A stretch of 45,502 nucleotides of DNA from a virus. Taxonomy: Duplodnaviria > Heunggongvirae > Uroviricota > Caudoviricetes. The translations under genes were made by a program, and so were the position numbers. Of this stretch, positions 35,457 through 43,644 are shown in pieces. A model generated the notes under the pieces. That model made no database searches, had not been told where the DNA came from, and saw nothing but the letters and a program-made list of their open reading frames with translations. The DNA is taken from IMG/VR virus record IMGVR_UViG_3300029705_000019, one strand, 5' to 3'. The first letter of the stretch is position 1; the number at the start of each line of letters is the position of its first letter.

Positions 35457-36192
35457 AGAATTCAGCTGTTGTTCGAAAGTTGCTTTTGTAGTCTAACCTA
35501 CAAATCGGACAGGTATGATTGATTGATGAATCAATACCAAATGCGTTAACAAGATGTTCAGCACATTTGAGAATGTAGTTTGTATCCATCATTGGCAGTT
35601 TATTCAAGAATGGAATAATCTTGAATTCTTCGAGATGCTCTCCATCAATTGTATCAATTAGATACTGTAAAGATAATAAAAATGCAGGGTCACCTTTTAA
35701 CTGTTGATTCTTACGACGCTCTTCTTTAGAACGGTATGTAATATCATCAAGTATACGAGGTGTCTGCATTCTAAGTTTGATATTTTTACCTGTTGACGGA
35801 AGAGTAAATTCAGAATATTTAGTAATATAATCTTTGTCAAATGGAACTACATTCATTGTTTCAAGATCGAGAGTTGATCTATTTGTTGTTCCACAAAATG
35901 GGCAAGTTGTTGTAATCTTATAACTTGGGCCATATGTGACAATTCTTAACTTATTCAACATGTACTGATAATCAGCAAGACAAAGATCATATGCTGATAT
36001 ACCAAGATCAGTTACTAAACAATCATCAATAATTTCAGCCATCACACTATATGGTCTGTCAGTGTGATTTAGCCTTTTCATTTCTTCCGCAGTGGTCATC
36101 GACCTCAACTTAAATTGAGGGTTAACTTGTTCGTTGTAAAGTTCGCCATTACTTGGCAGAGTGTATTCATGAGCAATAGTATACTCAGTCAT
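35437..36192 (-). CDS. Tail assembly chaperone/baseplate hub assembly protein (T4 gp26-like)
   Basis: True start ATG 36192 after AAGGAG; LPSNG..Y, LRSMTTAEE, DYQYML..LRIVTYG, CPFC, CPIC. Confidence 0.7.
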   Translation of the reverse strand: MTEYTIAHEYTLPSNGELYNEQVNPQFKLRSMTTAEEMKRLNHTDRPYSVMAEIIDDCLVTDLGISAYDLCLADYQYMLNKLRIVTYGPSYKITTTCPFCGTTNRSTLDLETMNVVPFDKDYITKYSEFTLPSTGKNIKLRMQTPRILDDITYRSKEERRKNQQLKGDPAFLLSLQYLIDTIDGEHLEEFKIIPFLNKLPMMDTNYILKCAEHLVNAFGIDSSINHTCPICRLDYKSNFRTTAEFYGPSID

Positions 36193-36435
36193 TGTAAATT
36201 CTCCTTGAGTTTTCTTTGTAGTATATAAAATATATACAATTTGATACCCATTAAAACAATGTTTACAGAGAATGTTTATTATTAAACTGAGTTGAAAACT
36301 CTCTTTAGCGCAAGGCGTTAAACAATTGATATACCTATAGAGGTATAACTTATAATCAAAGTTGATTGAGCCAGTATTTGACCAAGTTTTCTCCACAGCT
36401 TATGGAGAAAACTTATGGCCAAACATTAGGTTCAA

Positions 36436-37929
36436 TTATTGAATTTCATCGTCAAGTTCTACATCATCGATTGTAAGTTGTTTACCATCTTCTTCTGCAT
36501 TATCTTGTTTTGTAAATCTATACGGATTACCTTTTTGGAACTTATTCTTGTCAATTGCATACTTGTTTGAAATATCAATTGTATCAGTTGAAGTATCCAT
36601 AAGTTCATCATCACCAAATATATCAAGCTGCTGTTCTTCATATGGTTTACCATAGATTGCAGGGTAAATAATCTTTTGATATAGTCTGTTGTAATGTTTT
36701 TCCATATACTTTACATAGTTAAGTATCGTTGATGCAACTTTTAACAACCAACTTGTATTTGACAATACTAAAAGAATATGTTTACAAGCTGATCCAAGAG
36801 TGTCATCAGGATTTGTTATGTCTGAAGGTCTTGTTTCTGGATCGCCAGAAATGATTTGATTTTTTGACTGCCAATATGCAAAACGATATTGATTATCTGG
36901 GCAAGAACATTTTATATAAACGTCTTCCCGATTAAATCCATTTATCAATGCTCTTGTAACAGCTTTCAGATTTAATTCATTTGTTACTTTCATTTGGTCA
37001 CGAAGTAACTCAATGAAACCGCCGTAGCTTATTTTAACAGTATATGTATCAGTTTCACCTTTTACAACAACATCAACAGTTAGAATATTATCTTTAAATA
37101 ATTTATTCATGTCAATACTGTTGTACTGTTTAACTGTATTTGCAACACGAGATTTTACACGCTTCTTAAATCTCTCAAAACCTTTTTGGCTTCTTTTTGA
37201 TTTTGCAAGTAAACTTGTTCTCGAATCTTCATGTAAACAAAGATGTTCAATTGTAAGCTCTTTCGATCTAAATTTCTTATATGCTTCTTTTGCTGTGTCT
37301 AACAATCCAAGATTTCTTATTTCCTTGAATGTTAAATTTCCTGCTCCATATTCACCTTCTGTGTCCAGTGAATTTTTTCTGAGCATATATAGATCATTGA
37401 TAACATTTGTGATTGCTTCTGAATTGTTTGAATCGATTGCCTGAGTAAATTTCAATGACCACTCTGCAACTTCATCGTCAATATCAACTTGAGGTACATC
37501 TGTTAACTTTTTCGGAAATCTTAGCCACCTGTCTTCATATAACGAAAACACACCGTTTGAAATTGATGTTGATCTGATGTCCTCAACATAAACTTCAACA
37601 TTGACACCTCTAATTGAAATATCATAATCAGCATTAAACTTCGCTTTAAGGGCATTGTACATTGTCTGAATAATATCTTTTGGAGCATCAATCAAATCAA
37701 AGTTTGAAATCAAATGTACATCCAAGTCTGAATACTCTGTGTAATTATATGAAGCATTACTTCCAACAAGATGAGCATCCACAATATTCAATTCAATATC
37801 ACAAGTCGATACAAACTGTTCAATGATGTCAATCAATCTTAGTTTAACATCATCTCTTAATCTATTGTCCGCAGTCCACAACTTCGGATTTAATGTATCA
37901 TGTACTTCAAATTTTTCAATCAACATCAT
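36436..37929 (-). CDS. Pol-beta-like nucleotidyltransferase fused to a SWIM Zn-finger domain
   Basis: LVGSNASYNYTEYSDLDVH (GS..DxD) and VEVYVED; C-terminal CSCPD...ACKH. Confidence 0.75.
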   Translation of the reverse strand: MMLIEKFEVHDTLNPKLWTADNRLRDDVKLRLIDIIEQFVSTCDIELNIVDAHLVGSNASYNYTEYSDLDVHLISNFDLIDAPKDIIQTMYNALKAKFNADYDISIRGVNVEVYVEDIRSTSISNGVFSLYEDRWLRFPKKLTDVPQVDIDDEVAEWSLKFTQAIDSNNSEAITNVINDLYMLRKNSLDTEGEYGAGNLTFKEIRNLGLLDTAKEAYKKFRSKELTIEHLCLHEDSRTSLLAKSKRSQKGFERFKKRVKSRVANTVKQYNSIDMNKLFKDNILTVDVVVKGETDTYTVKISYGGFIELLRDQMKVTNELNLKAVTRALINGFNREDVYIKCSCPDNQYRFAYWQSKNQIISGDPETRPSDITNPDDTLGSACKHILLVLSNTSWLLKVASTILNYVKYMEKHYNRLYQKIIYPAIYGKPYEEQQLDIFGDDELMDTSTDTIDISNKYAIDKNKFQKGNPYRFTKQDNAEEDGKQLTIDDVELDDEIQ

Positions 37930-37952
37930 TGAATGTTCCTCTTATAAAAGTA

Positions 37953-37983
37953 TATGGGCGAGGTTGTAAAAGTCTCGCCCATA
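37953..37983 (-). terminator. Intrinsic terminator after the tail tube gene
   Basis: TATGGGCGAG/CTCGCCCATA stem followed by TACTTTTAT. Confidence 0.75.
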
Positions 37984-37998
37984 CTGATTTTTGCTTAA

Positions 37999-38628
37999 TT
38001 ACTCAACATCAGAGTCATCAATCCAAGCCTTATCATATTCAATGGTTGCGCTGAGACTTACTTTACCGTTACCTTCATGATCATAATCACCAAGATTAAG
38101 TGAAGAAATCCAGCAACCAAACATTTTCCAAGCTCTTACGAGCTGATAATCTGGAGTATATTCGAGCAAGTAGGCGTCTTTCTTGTAATCAGTAACAAGA
38201 CCAACTTTTTCAGTCTTAACATCATAAGACTTATTCTGCCAACCAACAAGCACATCTTTTGTACCAGCACCAATGTAATCGTTCAATTCAATTGAGCCAG
38301 ATCCAAATTCAGGCTTGCCAGCAAACTTGATTGTATTGTTACCACGAGCAACACCGATAGCAGACTGCTGGAAGCTTGGTACGGAAGCTTTACTTACTGA
38401 AATTCTAATGATATCATCTGCATTTGCTTTCGCATAATTGTTTGCAGTTTCAATCTGATTTGACAAACCTTCAACATAGAAGATGAAGTTGTTTGTTCTC
38501 TGAATTTCATAATACTTCGGATTGTCTGATAAGTGGTATGTACCAAGTTTGTCACCCTGCTCGTGAAGGGTAGACTTCTTATCAGTATTTTGTAAATGAA
38601 TGAATTTATCTTTTTCCTGATATGCCAT
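37999..38628 (-). CDS. Tail tube protein (T4 gp19-like)
   Basis: RTNNF, KFAGKPEF, LLEYTPD...W.MFGCW, ATIEYD; directly after the sheath gene. Confidence 0.8.
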   Translation of the reverse strand: MAYQEKDKFIHLQNTDKKSTLHEQGDKLGTYHLSDNPKYYEIQRTNNFIFYVEGLSNQIETANNYAKANADDIIRISVSKASVPSFQQSAIGVARGNNTIKFAGKPEFGSGSIELNDYIGAGTKDVLVGWQNKSYDVKTEKVGLVTDYKKDAYLLEYTPDYQLVRAWKMFGCWISSLNLGDYDHEGNGKVSLSATIEYDKAWIDDSDVE

Positions 38629-38648
38629 AATATGTATGCTCCTTTACC

Positions 38649-40646
38649 TTAAGAAACTGTAACATCTTCATCAGCAAGAACAACTGTGATTTCGAAGTAC
38701 TCGATTGCGTAAAGAGGGAAAATCTTAATTACAGCAGCAAGCTCACCACGAGTTAGAGCCTGGCCATTGTACTTTGTTGTACCTCTGATAATTTTATAAC
38801 CACTGATACCAAATCCACCAACAAGCTGATCAAGTAGAGGACTAATGCCAGACTTGAATTTTAACCAGAGAACATCACTATCTTGTTCAAACATCAACTG
38901 CTTTGCAGTGCTATATGCAAGCTTCTTGATGTCACTTACCATATTACGGGTATTGAGGAAGTTATGAGCTGTTGTGCCACGCTCATGAACTGTCTCAAGA
39001 GTTCTATTACCCCAAATTGTTAAACCATAAGGCTTAACATTTGTAATAGCATTTACAGAAATGTTATTAAGATTTTTACCATATTTCGGCTGATAATCTT
39101 CTGCAATAACATTTGTTAAAATCTCATTGGTATGAAGCTCTTTGAGGTTCGGAACGATACCACGAGTTACACCTGCCATTGCAAGCCAGTTAGGGCTTGT
39201 CTTAATAGCATACGCAACACACATCAGATAACCAAACGAAGCAGGCATCAGTTGAGACATTCGTGCAACATCAGTAACAGTTACGCAAGTGTAACGACCC
39301 CAAGGAGAAAACATTGTACCATATTCGTTATTAGCGCCACCCATGAAATAATCATTTGCCTGATAATAGAATGAACCCTCATCATTATAACGAAGAGGAG
39401 CTGCAGGATCATCAATATGGTCAATGATTGCAACAGCATCACCACGCTTTGCAGCACAATCAATCATTGCATCAGCAAGAGCATATGCATAAGAACCATC
39501 TTCCTGCTGAATGTTAATAAATGTTGGATAACCACCACTGGTGATATACTTGACACTATATTCATTCTTATCTTCGAGGCGGTCAAGCGCTTCAGGTAAA
39601 TTATCATATAGATAACTAATCTTACTCTTAACAGCTACATCAGGAAGAACAGTCTCGTTACCAGGCAGAGCTGTTGGATTCAGCTCTCTAAGAGCCTGTG
39701 AATAAACATCCTTATCAACAACCTGAAGTCTGAGAGTAAAGCGCTCACCAGCGATAGAAACATCTTTCTTGTAACGATATTCGTAATGAATAACAATTCT
39801 GAACTGAGCATACTTGTGATCAAGTTCTGTGCAATCACTCCAACTGATTGAATAATCATTTTCATTAACTGTATACTTAGAGGTTTCACCTTCACCAAGA
39901 ATCTGCTCAAATTTTGATACAGTCATGTGTAAACCATGCTCATCAGTGTCAGAGAGGGTAGGAAGACTAAACAGTGCACGAACATCACCACTCTTTGCAG
40001 TAGTAGTTAATGTAAATCTAAATTCGTAATCACCTTCAATGTTTGCATCAGTTACAGGAGCATTGAAATAGAATCTGTTGGAAGCGCCTTCAACAAGTTT
40101 AACTTCTGGACCATTGATCTGTTCTTCAGTTAAGACAACATCAATATTTGCAAGATCCTCAATTACATCATAAGAACAAATGTTCTCATAAATAACCGAC
40201 ATGCCTGCGTTGAGAAGTTCTTTTGCATAAAGATACGATTTATCATAATCACCAGGTTGATATGTATGAGGCTTATCACAGTTAACTGTGTCAGAAGCAG
40301 TCATTACATATGGTGTTGGACCGAAGTAGAATTCAAATTCATCAACAGTATTACAAAGAACAGGAACATTGCGAGAAGGGTGCCACAGCTCAGTTTCATA
40401 CAGATAATTTCCATCCGCATCAAAAAGTCTCTTGCCTTCTGCGTCATAGATTGGAATCTTGTTACCATATTCGTCAAGTTTATTTACTGTTTTATATTCG
40501 ATTGGTTCGCCAATATCGTTAACCTTGGTAACCCATTTATCTGCTGCAAGACCAGGTATATAAGCAATATCTGAACTTACACCAGAGCCAAGAGGTCGTG
40601 TTTCGTTAACTTCATTGATAACAATTTTAACATTATCGTTGGCCAT
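38649..40646 (-). CDS. Contractile tail sheath protein
   Basis: VINEVNET, RGDAVAIID, WLAMAGVTRG, VNAIT...IWGNRTL, FEQD..LW..F. Confidence 0.85.
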   Translation of the reverse strand: MANDNVKIVINEVNETRPLGSGVSSDIAYIPGLAADKWVTKVNDIGEPIEYKTVNKLDEYGNKIPIYDAEGKRLFDADGNYLYETELWHPSRNVPVLCNTVDEFEFYFGPTPYVMTASDTVNCDKPHTYQPGDYDKSYLYAKELLNAGMSVIYENICSYDVIEDLANIDVVLTEEQINGPEVKLVEGASNRFYFNAPVTDANIEGDYEFRFTLTTTAKSGDVRALFSLPTLSDTDEHGLHMTVSKFEQILGEGETSKYTVNENDYSISWSDCTELDHKYAQFRIVIHYEYRYKKDVSIAGERFTLRLQVVDKDVYSQALRELNPTALPGNETVLPDVAVKSKISYLYDNLPEALDRLEDKNEYSVKYITSGGYPTFINIQQEDGSYAYALADAMIDCAAKRGDAVAIIDHIDDPAAPLRYNDEGSFYYQANDYFMGGANNEYGTMFSPWGRYTCVTVTDVARMSQLMPASFGYLMCVAYAIKTSPNWLAMAGVTRGIVPNLKELHTNEILTNVIAEDYQPKYGKNLNNISVNAITNVKPYGLTIWGNRTLETVHERGTTAHNFLNTRNMVSDIKKLAYSTAKQLMFEQDSDVLWLKFKSGISPLLDQLVGGFGISGYKIIRGTTKYNGQALTRGELAAVIKIFPLYAIEYFEITVVLADEDVTVS

Positions 40647-40676
40647 TATAAAATCTCCTATATCAAATTTTACGTC

Positions 40677-41327
40677 TTAAAAAATCATCTCTTTATCAAT
40701 TTCCCACTTATTGGTGTCTTCCATATATGTGTGAATCAAAAGCCCAACTCCACCATCAGGTACAATTGATAAGTTATCTTTAATTCTAACATCAAACAGA
40801 TATGCATCGTCTATGTCAATACCAAGAGTGAATCTTGTGAATTGACCTGAAACAAGTCGTTCTGGAATATCTGAATTATCTTCAACATCTGAAATTAATC
40901 GTATGTTTGCGTCATGAAATAAATGACAATCTTCATACGGAATTTCAATTCTTAACTTAGGGTAGTTTATAATATTAAATACAAGATTGCGTGCATATTC
41001 ATCTGCTTCTTCAAGATAGCGAGTATAGATATCCAGCTGATAATTGATACCTATTGGAATTGCATTCAACTTAGCACCACTTGTTGTAGTTACAATCATC
41101 GTTGATCCACTATGAGAAATTGGTTGCTTGTTTCTATTTTGAATCATGTAACCACCATTTCTACTTAATGCGATGAGAGGTAATTGAAGAGGTTTATCGT
41201 TTTGTTTATCAGCTACTGTCTGAAATAACCTTCTAGTTTCATTTATTCCAACAAGAGTTGTTTCGGTGCCAGCTGTCCAATTTTGTAATTTTTTTAACAG
41301 TGCTTCATCATAAAAACGAACAGCCAT
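40677..41327 (-). CDS. Tail terminator/sheath stabiliser-like protein (gp15-like)
   Basis: YDEAL, LPLIALSR, PIGINYQLDIYT; upstream of the sheath gene. Confidence 0.55.
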   Translation of the reverse strand: MAVRFYDEALLKKLQNWTAGTETTLVGINETRRLFQTVADKQNDKPLQLPLIALSRNGGYMIQNRNKQPISHSGSTMIVTTTSGAKLNAIPIGINYQLDIYTRYLEEADEYARNLVFNIINYPKLRIEIPYEDCHLFHDANIRLISDVEDNSDIPERLVSGQFTRFTLGIDIDDAYLFDVRIKDNLSIVPDGGVGLLIHTYMEDTNKWEIDKEMIF

Positions 41328-41330
41328 GAA

Positions 41331-41756
41331 TTAAAATCCCCTATAAAATCTTTGTACATAATCATTTATATTCTCTGCAACTGCACTAAGTACAGGTGTA
41401 AATATATATGACCCTGAAATTTCTTGATTTCCAAATTCAATTAGTTTACAAAGTGTTTCAATTTGTACCTGATTAAAATTTGGAGCAAATGTATTCTGCT
41501 TAATTCTTATACAAATTTTGCTTGGCATCAATTGATAAACAATATTTCTAATACCAAATAACAATAAATTCGATGTTGAAATTTTTGTTTTCTCACTTAA
41601 CTTTGGAAATGTTGTGTCTTGTTCAAAGAATGCATCCCATTTTGCTAATTGAGTTTTTCTTACATTCAGAATCAATTCATCTTGAATCTGCCTAACAAGC
41701 CATTGAGCAAACAATTCATTCAACTGATTTTCGTTATTAACAATTTCTAAATACAT
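41331..41756 (-). CDS. Hypothetical protein (neck region)
   Basis: ORF in the structural operon. Confidence 0.45.
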   Translation of the reverse strand: MYLEIVNNENQLNELFAQWLVRQIQDELILNVRKTQLAKWDAFFEQDTTFPKLSEKTKISTSNLLLFGIRNIVYQLMPSKICIRIKQNTFAPNFNQVQIETLCKLIEFGNQEISGSYIFTPVLSAVAENINDYVQRFYRGF

Positions 41757-41760
41757 CTAT

Positions 41761-42255
41761 TTACCACTCTTCTTCTCTATTCAAAAGATTGAAGCTGTTT
41801 GTCTTATGTTGATAACTATTATCAGAAAATGTATTTTCATATTCAGGTACAAGTAAACAAGTTAGTGATGCTGGATAAATCATTATTGATGTTATCTGAA
41901 TAACTCTAAATAATCTACCAACTGAATTAAACGGACCAGGTATTGTAAACAACGAGCCCTGCTGTAAACCTTCTGTGTCATAGGGCACAGAGATAATAGC
42001 CGCTGATTGCTGCAACTCACTATTCCATCCAAGTTTTTTCATTGTCTGTGGTGTTGGATGTTCCTCAAAGATACATCCAACTTCCACAGGCTCAAAATAG
42101 TTACTTTCGATTTCTGAATATGTTGTATAAGATTTGCCTTGTCTGGGTGCTCTATGTTTAACTTTTACGCCCAACATTTTGCACATTTCATCAAAATATT
42201 TTCTATGTAATAAGGTGTCTTTCTCTGAGATAAGTAAACCGTAATTGTTATTCAT
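41761..42255 (-). CDS. Neck/head-closure-like protein (gp14-like)
   Basis: YFDEMCKMLG..V, MKKLGW, GSLFTIP, LFRVIQI; position. Confidence 0.5.
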   Translation of the reverse strand: MNNNYGLLISEKDTLLHRKYFDEMCKMLGVKVKHRAPRQGKSYTTYSEIESNYFEPVEVGCIFEEHPTPQTMKKLGWNSELQQSAAIISVPYDTEGLQQGSLFTIPGPFNSVGRLFRVIQITSIMIYPASLTCLLVPEYENTFSDNSYQHKTNSFNLLNREEEW

Positions 42256-42277
42256 CTCTTAAACACCTCCGTTTGAA

Positions 42278-43639
42278 TTATTCCTCTGAATCACGCGGAA
42301 TTGGAGTCGGATTTTCAATCTCTTTAAGTTCGTTTCTGCATCTCTTGATAGCATCACGAACGCTTGATCCTTCCCAATTAAATGTTGTTCTGATGCGTTC
42401 ATCTTTTTCTTCATCAGGAATGTTTTTTGAAACAATTCTTTCAATGCGTTCCTGAAGTCTTGAATATGCATCAATTGCATCACCAAAACGTCTTGTAGCT
42501 TCACCAATGTCAGAAAACAATGTTCTACTAAAGGATGATGTTCTAAAGTTACGTGAATCCGTGATATCAAGACTGTTCATCCTTGAAATTAGTCTAGATC
42601 TAATATCCTCAAGCTGCTTATACCACATTTCAAGTCTTACTGAATAATCCTCAAGACCTACATTGTCAAGCATACGAGCATATTTATCAGGATCAAGTTT
42701 ATAACCTGACTTATCGCAACCACGACTCAGCACCCAAACTGTCTCCTGACCGATAACGTCGTTATAATTTTTACGTCCATCCTCATCTGTTGCATAGATG
42801 TCACGTTTAACAGCATATTGACCTTTACCACGAGCAGTACCATCACGCTCTGCAGCCATACGCATTGCATAACGATCATTACGAACATCTTTCATTGAGG
42901 TTGCTGGATAAGTTAAATCAATGTAACCATATTCCATTGTAAGATCAAGTAGGCGTTTTCTAGCAATATTATCCACCGATCTCATTGCCCAAAAATCACT
43001 TTTATCGAAAAAGATTTCAGGTGCGTAGATACCCTTAATATACACATACTCTTTACCATGAGTATCTTGAATGCGGAATATTGGTAATTTTGTTAAATCT
43101 TTGAATGCTGGGTCAAATGCATTTTTCGGCAATTCATGAGGAATAAATGTTGCATTGTGCAAATCGATATTCTTCTTTAGCAATGCATTTTTTAATGATT
43201 TATTACGAATAAGTTCATCTTTGAACCATTGAGGGAAATTTCCGAATGATTCATTTAACTGATCAAGATCATTTCCATCATTTTCTGGTTCAATACCGTA
43301 AGCTTCTTCAAATCCTTTATCAAAGAATTCTTCTTTACTTGGATTGGATCCGCATTCATACAGTTCATCTTCGTCTTCAGCAAATCCTTCATAGTTATCA
43401 AACCATTCTTCGGCTTCTTCTTCTGAATCACATTCCCAATCTGCATAAGCCTGATCAGGCTCATAGTAATCGCGATCACCAAACATGAAGATGTTTGTTT
43501 CACCATTTGTATACCAAGTATAGTCAGTCATGAAGCCATCTGAATCAGGAACAGACTTTGTTCTAACGAGCCTCCATTCAGAAGTTGTTGATTCTTTCAG
43601 CAATTTACAAGTATATGCTTCATATAAATCTCTCTTCAT
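42278..43639 (-). CDS. Hypothetical virion (probable head-internal) protein with an acidic N-terminal third
   Basis: ATG 43639 after GAGAGG; E/D-rich segments separated by LxE sites. Confidence 0.5.
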   Translation of the reverse strand: MKRDLYEAYTCKLLKESTTSEWRLVRTKSVPDSDGFMTDYTWYTNGETNIFMFGDRDYYEPDQAYADWECDSEEEAEEWFDNYEGFAEDEDELYECGSNPSKEEFFDKGFEEAYGIEPENDGNDLDQLNESFGNFPQWFKDELIRNKSLKNALLKKNIDLHNATFIPHELPKNAFDPAFKDLTKLPIFRIQDTHGKEYVYIKGIYAPEIFFDKSDFWAMRSVDNIARKRLLDLTMEYGYIDLTYPATSMKDVRNDRYAMRMAAERDGTARGKGQYAVKRDIYATDEDGRKNYNDVIGQETVWVLSRGCDKSGYKLDPDKYARMLDNVGLEDYSVRLEMWYKQLEDIRSRLISRMNSLDITDSRNFRTSSFSRTLFSDIGEATRRFGDAIDAYSRLQERIERIVSKNIPDEEKDERIRTTFNWEGSSVRDAIKRCRNELKEIENPTPIPRDSEE

Positions 43640-43644
43640 GTGAA

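Noticed and set aside
36193-36396. 68-codon N-terminal extension of the tail chaperone in the ORF track
   Set aside because: A strong AAGGAG precedes ATG 36192, and the extension runs through hairpin-rich non-coding sequence.
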